Below, in pieces: positions 1-10,276 of a stretch of DNA of 64,000 nt. This DNA comes from Blastocladiella emersonii ATCC 22665. Its lineage: Eukaryota > Fungi > Blastocladiomycota. The position numbers and the translations under genes were made by a program. Below the pieces are notes generated by a model that worked only from the letters and a program-made list of their open reading frames with translations, had not been told where the DNA came from and made no database searches. The stretch lies in the NCBI GenBank assembly GCA_025594325.1, contig JANHCV010000013.1, positions 868,001-932,000 of the forward strand, read 5' to 3'. Numbering within the stretch: the stretch's first letter is position 1; every line of letters begins with the position of its first letter.

Positions 1-810
1 CAAACGCGTACGCTTGAGTGTCGGCGACCTTGCCGCCAGCTTTTGGGCATTCGGCGCAGTTTGGGGGACTCGTAGCGGTGCGGCCAGAGCTGGTGCAAAC
101 AGCCGCGGGTCGGCAGCTGGCCTGCGAGCGCGCGGAGCTGGAAGCACGGGAGCGAGTTCGCGGTGAGGGACTCGCTCGGGTGGATGCGGCGCGTGCTGCC
201 CCGAAGCGCAGTGACAAGGGCTGGGACATCGATGGGGGAGGACGTGATGCCAGCGGACGCGGTCAGAGCGAGCAGCGGGTCGTGTCGCGCGTCGTGCAGG
301 CGGCGGAGAGAGCGTCGCGGGACTGAGTTGAAGTCGCAGCCGCGCCTGCGCGCCGTGAAGGGCGCATCGAGGTCCGCGCGGACGGCGGCGGCGATTCACA
401 GCGGGAGATGCGCGGCAGCCCTTGTTGGCGAGCGCGTCGGCCTCCTCATTCTCCAAGTTCACGGCGTGGCCACGGACCCACTCGACCTGGAGCTCGCGGG
501 CCGCGATGATCCAGCGGAGCACGGCCCACTCGAGCGAGCACGTTGCGCGGACCCGCACCCACGCGAACAGCGAGTTCCAGCGATCCGCTCATGAAGACGT
601 CTGCGCCCGCTGCAAAGTCCGGCAAACCCAAGCCACGGAGCGACCCGTCCGTGCAACGGACCGCAACTCAAAGAGCGGATCTCTCGACCTCGCAGTCCTC
701 ACTCGAACTCAAGTCCATGGGACCTCGCAAGTCGTTCTCGGTGCAACCGTTGAACTCGCGCCCACGTCAACGAGCCTGCGCTAGCGGCTCCCAGGTGAAC
801 CGCGTCGTTT
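1..810 (-). mobile_element. Degenerate non-LTR retrotransposon (LINE-like) fragment: RNase H followed by a C-terminal CCHC-type zinc-finger region, frameshifted
   Basis: Minus-strand translation across frames gives CTDGSLRGLGLPDFAAGA (RNase H TDGS motif) and LEWAVLRWIIAARELQVEWVRGHAVNLENEEADALA (RNase H WVxGH...NExADxLA motif). It then gives FQLRALAGQLPTRGCLHQLWPHRYESP and, after a frameshift, NCAECPKAGGKVADTQAYAF (CxxC...ET..H-like). Several frameshifts and a stop; runs off the window edge. Confidence 0.7.
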
Positions 811-1469
811 AAGGATGTGCACTGAACACGGGCTCCGTTTTCCAACACGCACTCCAAGCACGGGCTCCGCTAGCGGCTTACCGCGCTTCTGCATCTCTCA
901 CGCTTTCATGTGCTCGGAGTCTCGCGGGCCTGGTCGAGGGTCGGTGCAAAGCGTTAAACGTTCCGCGATGGCCGAGCGGAACAGCGTCAAGCGACGCGCT
1001 TCCGGGGGTTGGGCCGAGGCCGATCACGTGCACGGCCAGGACGCGTTGCGCCACAGCGATCACATGAGAAACGACGCGTCTGTCACGCGTTTTCGGCGCT
1101 CACGTGAATCGCGCTCACGTGAGCGTCGGCACCCTATCCGGCCGCGACGCGGTCTAAAAAGAGGGCTTTAGCCCTCGATGTCAGAATCGGCCGTGTCAGA
1201 GTGCGCCGCGACACGCATCGTGTTCCGGACGGTGATCACAGACGAGATATGTATAAACGAATCACGTGCGGATGAGCGACACGAGGAAACCCTCCACGAG
1301 TCTCAAAAAAGCACAAGATGCCTGTTGCGGAACCCAAATCGAGGCACCGCTCATTCGGAGCAAGTTGTGGCAGTGCACTCACTTGATGAAAACGAAGGTG
1401 TGCCACTACACGATCAGATCGAGCCGTAATTTTAAGGTGAACCGCGCGACTCGCTTAACGCGGACCCGT

Positions 1470-1895
1470 ATGAAAGAGAGCCATCCACGCGCCCTCTCGC
1501 TCCACCCGAAAACACTTGACAACCAACGTAATCAACAGCAGTATCCAAAGAAAAATGCCTCGGCAACGGTTTGTGTCGGGATGAGCAACGGCGGCGACTA
1601 AGCGGCCTGCGTCGCGGACCCGAACAACTTGGCCACGCTCGCGGCCAATGGCGGCGCCGACTCGATTGCCACATTCACCAATGCCGACGGCGGCATCGTG
1701 ACAAAGGATTCCGTGCTCGGCGCGCTCCGCGAAATGATCGAGTCCGCGCAGCCCGGCGACCAGCTACTTTTTTCGTTCTCGGGCCAGGCCGGTGAGCAGA
1801 CCAGTGGCGACGGCAACATGATCCAGCTCGGCGACGGCCAGACCATCACCACCGACCAGATCCAGGGGATTGTTGGCTCGCTTCCCGTCGACTGT
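1470..1895 (+). pseudogene. Metacaspase (peptidase C14) pseudogene fragment
   Basis: Reads TVCVGMSNGGD*AACVADPNNL...TKDSVLGALREMIESAQPGDQLLFSFSGQAG...IQGIVGSLPVDC, matching the metacaspase pattern L.GC.ND / T..NI..AL..LV..AQPGD.LFF.FSGHG. In-frame TAA at 1599-1601, catalytic His position is Gln, and the sequence breaks before the DxCHSG motif. Confidence 0.75.
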
Positions 1896-2610
1896 GGAAC
1901 GTCTCGTTCTTCGCAACGTTTGCAACGAGCTTGCTGCTCTCATCCGACTTGCTAGCCGTGAGCGCTCTTCACTGAAGTATTTTGAATTCTCCCGAACAAA
2001 CATGTTTTCTTACTATGACGACGTCAAGTGTACCCTCAACGAGTGTCGTGGATCGCTGCCGCTTGACGTGGTCGTTCTTCCAGCAATCGAAGAGCTCAGT
2101 TTTCATGATGTCCGATTCGAGACTCCGGATCACGCAGCAGCCTTGCTCCCGCGTCTTCTCGGGCCAAACCTCAGCCATCTGTGTCTGTGCCGCTGCGCGA
2201 TTGGAGACGCGGGTGCTGAAGTTGTCATCCAGTGCGCTACGCTCGCTCTCGAGCACATCGCGCTCTTCAGCGCCGAAATCGGCAACGCTGGAGCGGCTGC
2301 CATTGCCGCGGGGCTGCCCGCGTCCGTCACAGTCTTGAACTCGTATGACAGCGACGCGAACGAGCAGCTCTTTTTGATGGGTCTCGGGCGCATCCCAGCG
2401 TTTCGGGCATTTCTGCATTACGAGTACGCTGACAGCGTATCTGAACCACTGCGAGCGCATTTCTACGAGCTTCGAACGCCGTATCCGGTGTTCTACTCTT
2501 TCGACATGGACTACTCGAGCAACTCGGGATACGACGAGGCCGAGATTGCAGCGGAGCTTGGCTACTTGGCAGTCGAGCCGGGCGACTTGGCGTCCGAGAG
2601 CGAAGAGTGA
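1870..2610 (+). CDS. RNI-like leucine-rich-repeat protein, apparently 5'-truncated
   Basis: 246-aa ORF with LRR-type repeats (IEELSFHDV, LSHLCLCRCAIGDAGAEVV, LEHIALFSAEIGNAGAAAIA, LPASVTVL). No ATG start; it begins inside the metacaspase relic. Confidence 0.6.
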   Translation: MLARFPSTVERLVLRNVCNELAALIRLASRERSSLKYFEFSRTNMFSYYDDVKCTLNECRGSLPLDVVVLPAIEELSFHDVRFETPDHAAALLPRLLGPNLSHLCLCRCAIGDAGAEVVIQCATLALEHIALFSAEIGNAGAAAIAAGLPASVTVLNSYDSDANEQLFLMGLGRIPAFRAFLHYEYADSVSEPLRAHFYELRTPYPVFYSFDMDYSSNSGYDEAEIAAELGYLAVEPGDLASESEE

Positions 2611-2974
2611 GTGTAAGTGTATCTCGCAGATCGGTTTAGTGAAGTATGAATTTCCATCGTCAAATAAAAGAATTTGGAAGATTGCTGCCGTTTCAGCAAA
2701 TCAGATGCGCCTGTCTACGCCTAGTGCAGGTGGCGCGACGCGTCGCACGCGGTTCCGGTGCTGATGGTTCACCTGATCCACGCCAACGAACGTGGAGCTC
2801 GTTTGGTTGTTCAAATGTATGAGTTTTGAGAAAATCGCGAGATGGGAGTGCACAAATATGGGATTGAAACGAAGAGGCAACAAACTGGAAGTTTTTGATT
2901 CAAACGCTAAAGACAACGCGTCGCTCAAGTCGAGCAGATAGCACAGCAACATTTATAGTTGCAAGACGCTGCGC

Positions 2975-4096
2975 TCAGAGCCAGCACAAATCCTCCCACC
3001 AGTTCTGCGTGTCCAAGTAGTACTGGTGCATGTTGCGTTTCACGAGGTTCGTGTCAAAGTAGTGGAAGCCGACCTCGTCGATGACCTCGCTGAGAATGTC
3101 CGTGTGCCCGACGAGCGAGATGGTGTGTAGGGCGTTCTTGGAAATCGGCGTGTCGGGGTAGTTGATCCACCAGTACGCCGCCTCGATCGCGTCGTTGCGC
3201 GCCGCCAGCACGATCGGGTTGGCGGGCATGGAGTCGTCGAGATCGAACGCGCCGTCGAGCAGGTCGAGCATGGCCGTGTCGTCGTTCTTGGTCGCGTCCT
3301 CGACCGCGTCCACCGTCAGGCCGAGCGAGATCCCGCTCGTGTAGAGCCACCACTTGACCGTCTTGACGTGGCCCTTGCTGACGGCCCAGTTGAGCGCGTC
3401 GTCGGTGCACTTCATGTCGGTGCCGTAGGCCGACTTCCACCACGACAGCGTCGCGTTGTCGCCGCGGGCTGACGCCTCGTCGACGGCGTTGGCCGTGTAC
3501 AGCATCTCGAGGCGCGGGTCGCGCTGCGCGTGCCACCACTTGAGCACGTCGAGGTGCCCGTTCTCGGACGCCTTGTCGAGGGCCGCCGCCGTGTACTTGA
3601 GCTTGCCCTTGACCTTGACCCACTCGCGCAAGACTGCGAGGTTGCCCGTCGCGGCGGCCTCGTCGATCGACATGGTCGGCGCGACGGCCACGACCGCGGG
3701 AGCGCCGTTGGCGTTCGAATTACCCGCGGCCGCCGGCGCCTGATCGTAGGGCGCGACGCTGAGCAGCTTGGCACGGAGCACGCCGATCTCGGCCTCGAGC
3801 TCGCACGCACGCGCCATGTCGTCGTCGTGGATCGACCACACGTCCTTGTTCTCGCGCTGCAGCAACTCCATCTCGGCGCGCAGCTCGGCGGCCTTGGCCT
3901 CGAGCTCCTTGTTCTTGGCACGCAGCCCGCGCGCCTGTATGCCGTCGCAGGGTGAGTGATGAACAATTGAGGAGGGCAACGGCGGGCGAGTAACGCACCT
4001 GGTTCTCAAGGCGGCGGCGGTCCTCGCGGGCGAGCTCGAGCTGAGCGATCGCGTCAGGCAAGTTCATGGGCGGCCAGGCCAATTTGTGAGATGCCA
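2975..4096 (-). CDS. Coiled-coil plus ankyrin-like repeat protein (2 exons)
   Basis: GT-AG intron 3935-3998 joins MASHKLAWPPMNLPDA...LENQ in frame to ARGLRAKNKELEAK. Repeats: YTAAALDKASENGHLDVLKWW, YTANAVDEASARGDNATLSWW, CTDDALNWAVSKGHVKTVKWW. Confidence 0.8.
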
Positions 4097-4550
4097 TGGT
4101 TGCTACGTTGCAGGTCGAACGGCGTCTAGTGAAGAGCTCAGTTTGGAGACGAGGCGAACGTTGTGGCGATCGTGAAAATCGGGGAGTCACCATTTTCATC
4201 GTTTCAGCGACTTGGCTCACGTGTGACGGTGGACAGTTCGGCGCGCCGCGCTGCGAGCCGGCGGTCGGCGGCTACTGCATCGCGGGCCCCAAGTCATGTC
4301 ACGAAAGTGCACAATCTCCTATTAAAACGCATGCTAATCGACACGCCTATGACCGGCCCGCGGCCGGACGATGCCTTGCAGAAACATCTGCCTGGCGGAC
4401 CTCCTAATTGTTGGCGGGGGTGATGGCGCCTTTCGAGACCTTCTTGAAGGGTCAACAGCAAGAAATTTGCAGCGGAACATTGCTGAGCGGTTCCACGGAG
4501 CGCACGTCGCGGTAATCGAGCGCTGGAGGCTTGAAACAGGCCGCTTGTGC

Positions 4551-4574
4551 ATCACGTGAGTGGCGCGACGCGTC
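4551..4574 (+). promoter_or_regulatory. Best copy of the recurrent intergenic motif ATCACGTGAGTGGCGCRACGCGTC
   Basis: Near-identical copies at 13625, 21801, 22947 and 24264 (+) and at 31579, 33529 and 39915 (-). Core-only copies at 1040(-), 2729, 19047 and 26279. Regulatory function is inferred. Confidence 0.55.
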
Positions 4575-5063
4575 CATCTCAGCCCGCTCACGTACGAGAC
4601 GACCATCGCCAGTGCCTCCAACCATCACTCGGTTCGGGTGTCAATGCCCAAGTGACCCCTCGCCGCATGGCCCGTGTCTGAGCCAAAGACGCGTCGAGCG
4701 AGCGGAGCTTCTGAGCCCTGATGGATTTGCAGCGGCAAGAGCGACACGCTTGGTGCCGACCCATGTAGATCACGTGTCCCCGTGCGCACGCGCACTTGGT
4801 TTTGGGCAAGTTAATATTAATGCCGGACTGGTTGGTCGTGTCCTGTCAACGGCTCATTTCGGGTGCAGCCGATCCGCGTTAGATACCTGATCGACGCGGG
4901 CGGGGGATGACTAGATCTGGAACACACCCTTTTGCTTGCGCCTCGATTTAATTTGTTGCCATTTCTCGGCCTGGATTTGTTTTCCCCCCTTACGTTTCGC
5001 TAACTGTTCATCTACATCTGTTATTTACTCCTGTATCCACGTTTTCTAACGTGTTCAAGAGAG

Positions 5064-6288
5064 GTGCGAGCCTTGCTCGCTCACTCGTGTCTCAGCACCA
5101 TGCGTCTGCAAATGGATGCTGAGGCGGGCGGACGGCGTCCTTTTTACCTCGACCATCCCCTCGGTCATGCCCTCGCTGAACGATTCCGCTGCACCGTGAT
5201 CGTCGTCCTCAGCGCTGTGGCACGCGCTTGGGGCGCAGCTGTCATAGTCAATCGTGTTTACCTGTCGCCGGGCTCACCGTGGACCGCCCGGCAAACTCGA
5301 GCTCACGCACACCGCGCAGCTGTACGCTTCCGTCGCCAAGCCGGCAAGCGCTGACAGCGCAGCTCCGCTCCCCCGCGACGGCCCAGCCCACGTTCGCCAC
5401 GCCCGCTTTCAACGTCCCCGTCGTCGCGGCAACCACCAAGCACAGGTCGTACTTCATCTTCGGCCCGCACTCGTACCAGCTCATGATGCGGTACGTTGCG
5501 CAGGAAGCGGGTCTGCCCAAACCACTAGGCACGGGCGCAACCGCCGCGCGGTATCCGAATGAGAGCAGTAACGCGGCTGCGGGGTAGCCTCGCGGTCGCC
5601 CAGTGCGCGTTGATGTCGATCCCGCAACCGATTCGGCCCACACCGGTTACTCGCGGCGGTGTCGATTGCAAGGAGGAAGACTCGTGGCTGATTACGGCGT
5701 TTACGGGCAACGACAAGCACGTCTTGCACAGCTGTCGCGCGGGCGGCGTGTGCGCGGCGGGAGACGACCGGATGGAACGGGATCGACGCGGGCACCAGCA
5801 GCGGCGACGACGAGTCGGACGCGAACGGGACCGGATACGACACCGTAGGTGACGTCGGATCCAACACGGCGGCCAGCGCCACGTACTACCTGACGTGGCG
5901 CGGCGACGCGCAGATGATCGTCCCCCGCTCCGAGTGACCGCTCATCTTCCGCGCGGCGCACAAGCACATCGAACACCGCGCCGGGTGCGCGGACGGGACC
6001 GACGCGGGAGCGTGCGGGCGCGTAGTGCGGCATCGATCGCTGCGCGACACGCTCCAGGGCATCCGGCAGTGGTACCAGACGCGGTGGTCCCGGTGCGAGA
6101 TCAGGCACGGCGCCGTGCGCTGCATCTTCGTGCAGTGTGCGTGCTGCGCCGCGCGCCCGCTCGACGGACCCGTGTCCATCGGTGCCGCCACCGCGACAGC
6201 CGCGCTAACTGATCCCGAAGACCGGAGCAAGGATTACGAGCTTGCCGAGGAGAGAATGCATCCGATGCCACGTGTACTAGACCTTTAA
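5064..6288 (+). mobile_element. Degenerate transposon-like relic: possible OTU-like segment followed by an integrase-type H2C2 zinc-binding domain
   Basis: 5880-6160 reads MIVPRSE*PLIFRAAHKH...RHRSLRDTLQGIRQWY...VQCACCAARP (H..H..CxxC pattern of integrase zinc-binding domains, with an internal TGA). Upstream LDHPLGHALAERFRCTVIVVLS...FIFGPHSYQL loosely resembles transposon-associated OTU domains. No DDE core follows. Confidence 0.4.
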
Positions 6289-6866
6289 TAGCTGATACAT
6301 TGGCGGGAGGGAGAGTGGGAGACGCGGCGGCCGGCCGACTTGGTTGCTCGCCGCGGCGGATCGCGGCCCCCCCTACCTTCACCAATCATCGGATCGCGTG
6401 TGGGCGCGGGCCCGACTGCATGCAAAATGTTAAAGAAACACATGGAACCCATTTTCTTGCTGTATACGCCGAGAGGGCGGCGTCCGCTTCGAGCCGTCCG
6501 CGCAAGCTCGCCCAGCAGGCAAGACGCGCTGCACCACCATCTCACCTATTCGCCGCTTCCCGTCTTGTCGCATCAGAATAGTCCTACTTCTGCCGAGTGG
6601 TGTTCTCAATCTGCACCGACTCGTCCCTCGCACGTTGAAGCGCTCAGGGGACTGCGCGAAGTTGAGCACCCGCTCATTGCAGCGCTCTGGGACCGCCAAC
6701 ACTCCGCAACGCGGGCCACTTGAATATGCTCGTCTTGCACCCGAAATCTCGATTCATTGGAGCTCATCTTGAGATGGTGTGGCGAAACCGCGGCTATATC
6801 CAACCTTGAAAACAGAGTTGGGCGGGATGCTTGCTCTCGCCGCTCTCATGGAGCACTATCGCAACC

Positions 6867-7801
6867 ATGTCAATATTACTCGAGCTCACGCTCATCACCC
6901 ACACCACGCACCGCCAGCCCGTCCGCGTGTACCTGTCCGACGCGCGGGATCAGGTGGTGTGTTCGACGCAACTCGCTTCGCCTCATGTCGACGGCGACGG
7001 CAACGTTGTCGTAGTGGAAGATGCAGCGAATCGAAAACGTACGACTCAACAGTGCCCGCGCTTTTCACAGCAAACAAACTGATCGTCTTGCCATCCAGTC
7101 ATCACCACGCTGCACGCCAACCTGACCATTGGCGCGACCCACGCCGGCCAAGGCGGCGACCCGCTCGGACGCGACCTTGCGGCCGCTCCCACCGCGTTTA
7201 CAGCTGCCCGCCTGGCGACTCCGCCGCCGAGCGCCATATCGCCGTACACGTCCTGCGCCCCACTGCTTACCCGCGCCCAGCCACGGGCGTCGACACGCGC
7301 CGCCCGCGCTTCGAGTCGTGGACCTTTTGCGCGCCGTCCATCGAGGCCGCGCATGACGCGCGACGCTTGCTGCGGCAGTGGCTGGCCGTCGACCGGGCGC
7401 GCGACGCCACGTACCTCGCCATCGTCAACCCGCACGTGGGCAAGCGCCGCGCGTCGCGGATCCTGCGCACGATTGTCGAGCCGATGCTCGCGCTCGCCAT
7501 GGTTGGTGCCGAGACCGTCGTCACGCGCGGACGCATGCGCGCTTTCGAGGTCGCGCGCGACACCGACTTGGCCGCGTACCGCGGTGCACTGATTGTGGGC
7601 GGCGACGGCGTCGTTCACGAGTTCTTCAATGGGCTGCTCGCGCGAACCGATGACCGCGACGCGGCGCTTCAGTTCCCCGTGGCGCACGTCGCGGCGGGGA
7701 CGGGCAACGGGCTCGCGGCGTCGCTCAACGCGGTTCCTGCCGAGTACGCGGTTCTCGCCGCGCTCAACGAGTGGACGCAGCCGATTGATGTGCTCGATAC
7801 T
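6867..7801 (+). pseudogene. Sphingosine/long-chain-base kinase, N-terminal half (PH-like region and DAGK catalytic motifs)
   Basis: Motifs YLAIVNPHVGKRRA, LIVGGDGVVHEFFNGLL, VAAGTGNGLAASL and QPIDVL. Intron 7039-7098. The reading frame shifts around 7100-7205 with no rescuing intron found. Confidence 0.85.
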
Positions 7802-8618
7802 CGTCACTGCTTCCCATCGCCTTCTCCGCCACAACCGGCTGCGCATCACCCGCCGGCTCACGCTTGAGCCGAGAGAGAAACATGTTCTCATCGAGGCCGC
7901 GTGGTGCAAAAACACTGCACAGCCCGTGATGCACGACGATGCGCACGTTACCGAACGCCTCGGGCTCGCCGTCAGCCACCATGTGCCCGACTGGCCGTAC
8001 ATTGCTCCACTTGGGGTCGTCGCGCGCCAGGCCGGGCACGGCCGCGCTCGCCGCCCGCCCACCAGCTGCGTCACGATAGTGCTCCTCAAACACCTCGGCC
8101 CGCGTCGGGTGGGTCGGCTCAATGACGATAGCCGTGCACGCGACGTCGAGCACCTGCGGGTTCTGCACGACGTGGCCCGACGGCTGATCGAGCAGCGTGG
8201 CGAGAATGTCGCTGGGCTTCATGGTCGCCGAGCACACGAGCCGCATCGCGCCGTCGCTGAGCCGCGCGTACGGCGCACCGTTGAAGGTGGTCGTCAGGTG
8301 CGCCACGTTGTGCACGTTGAACCACTTGTACGCGTCGGGCGGGAGGACCATCCATCCCGTAGGTACGTCGTGCGGCGAGTGGAAGATGGCGTCACGTGGG
8401 GTATCAATAAGCGAGCCACCGTCGTTTGCCGCAACCGCAGTCGCGTGGTTGGCCGGCTCAACGTACGCGACGCGCAATCCGAGAAACCGGAACGCCTCAC
8501 TCTCAATGTCGAGGTCAGCGACGAACGCGTGCGTGAAGCTCAGGTGCATGAACCCGGTCCGCGCCGCCGCTGGGTTAGCGAGCCCCGTCGCCGAAGCGAT
8601 CGGCGTGATGCGGTACGC
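7802..8618 (-). pseudogene. Sphingosine kinase C-terminal half, inverted relative to its N-terminal half
   Basis: Minus-strand ORF contains AFVADLDIESEAFRFLG, APYARLSDGAMRLV, GHVVQNPQVLDVACTAIVIEP and GHMVADGE, all canonical SphK C-terminal motifs. Bounded by TACT (7798-7801) and AGTA (8619-8622). Confidence 0.85.
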
Positions 8619-8748
8619 AGTAACAATGAAGAGCGATTTAGATACATTTATTCATGACGTCTCAGCGAGATGAGCGGCGCGTCCGACGCGTGACTCAGAC
8701 TCGCGATCGGCACGGCGAGTCGCGCTCCCCTCAGCGATACTCACTACC

Positions 8749-10074
8749 ATGGAACACATTTCACGAAGCTCTCACCTCATGCAACGTCTTCCCTACGAGG
8801 TCGTCGAGATGATCCTGCTGTGGGCCATCCGCGTCGACCCGCGCGGCATCGACCCGTGGCCGCTGATCCTCGTCTCGCGCGACGGCGCGTCACGGGTGAC
8901 CGCGGCCGCGCTCGGCTGGTCCCAACACGAACGCGCCTTCCAGCGAGGCAAACAGAAGCTTCGCGACATGCTAATTGCGCACCGCAGCGAGCAGCCGCCG
9001 GTTGATTGGAGCGAAGCGCACTTCTACCTCTCGCTGCTCTGTGCGGGCGGTCGCGCTGACCTGTTTGTCGACTGGCTCCGGCTGGGCCACATGGCGCCGA
9101 ATTCGCCCGACTACATGGACCTTGCGTCCATGCACGGCCAAACCGAGATCATCAAACTGCTCACCATCGTCTGCTCTCCACTCCTGTACACGGAGCGTGC
9201 TGTGGACGAAGCTGCGCGCGCGGGCGAAATTGCGACGCTGGAATGGTGGCGTACGTCGGGCCTACCTATCCGAGCCTCGCCTCGCGTGTGCAACGAGGCC
9301 ATCGAACGCGATGACCCAGCCGTGCTCGACCTGCTTATCGCATGCAAGCTCTTTCCGCTTGACGAGGATTCGCGCGGGATCGCTCAGGAAATTGACTTGG
9401 CCATCTTGGCCGGCAGCTTTCGCGTGATCGCGAGTCTTCGCTACTCAAAGGACGAACTCATCACGATTCCAGACTGGAACGGGATCCTGCCGCGCCTTGT
9501 CGAGAACGGGCGGGTGGACGTCTTGGCGTGGATTTACTGCACGTTCAAACACGGGTGTCTTCCTTGCATCCGCCACGATTCGGAGTACGTTGTTCCGGCT
9601 GAAACTTTCGATCTTGAGCACGGCGCTCCAGGATTCCTTGTCCCAGTCTTTTCAACGGATCTCCGTGTCGAGCAAAACGACTCCCTCGATGCCCTCGACG
9701 AGCTGCACGACCAGGACGAAGCAGTCGACGATGAACACGAGGCTTTGTTCGCCGCGCCGCCTTCTCTCTCACTCGAAGGCCACATGTTCTGGCTCTCTAT
9801 CTTCTTGTACGCCAACCGGAAGAGCAAAGTGCGCGTCCTCGACTGGCTTCTCAAGACGCTCCCGCCCGGAACGATTGTGTGCCCGAACGAGTGGCTCAGC
9901 GTCGCTGCGGGGGACGACGAAGACGAAGTTCTCGCGCGCCTCGAATCGTGGATGGGCTCGGGCCTCATGCTTCCGCTCGTTGGTGCCCTGCACGCTGTCC
10001 ATGCTGCGGCTGAGCTTGGCTTGGATCGGATTGTTGCGTGGTGGCGCGAGTCTGGCTATGTGCCTCGTTTGTGA
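8749..10074 (+). CDS. F-box-like N-terminus plus ankyrin-like repeat protein
   Basis: Intact 441-aa ORF. Starts QRLPYEVVEMIL (F-box-like) and has repeats YMDLASMHGQTEIIKLL and YTERAVDEAARAGEIATLEWW. Paralog at 26421-27687. Confidence 0.75.
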   Translation: MEHISRSSHLMQRLPYEVVEMILLWAIRVDPRGIDPWPLILVSRDGASRVTAAALGWSQHERAFQRGKQKLRDMLIAHRSEQPPVDWSEAHFYLSLLCAGGRADLFVDWLRLGHMAPNSPDYMDLASMHGQTEIIKLLTIVCSPLLYTERAVDEAARAGEIATLEWWRTSGLPIRASPRVCNEAIERDDPAVLDLLIACKLFPLDEDSRGIAQEIDLAILAGSFRVIASLRYSKDELITIPDWNGILPRLVENGRVDVLAWIYCTFKHGCLPCIRHDSEYVVPAETFDLEHGAPGFLVPVFSTDLRVEQNDSLDALDELHDQDEAVDDEHEALFAAPPSLSLEGHMFWLSIFLYANRKSKVRVLDWLLKTLPPGTIVCPNEWLSVAAGDDEDEVLARLESWMGSGLMLPLVGALHAVHAAAELGLDRIVAWWRESGYVPRL

Positions 10075-10276
10075 CGACGTTGCGATGACTCTCTTTTCTA
10101 TGTATTTTGAGTATTGATCCTCAAAACTTGTTGTTCCACAATTGCGGATATTACCCGGCCCGTCAGTGATGAACGCGTTGCGCCACACTTGGCTCTTGAT
10201 AGGAGTGACAGGGATGACGTGGAGCCCAAAATCGAAGGCGGACCGCCGCCGGAGCTCCACCTCCCCCGCCCACGCA

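Noticed and set aside
4371-4559. LLIVGGGDGAF motif resembling spermidine synthase or a nucleotide-binding loop
   Set aside because: Isolated 10-aa match with no supporting flanking motifs.
6540-6800. SICTDS / LEMVW pattern suggesting a second RNase H relic
   Set aside because: Too degenerate; catalytic spacing not convincing.
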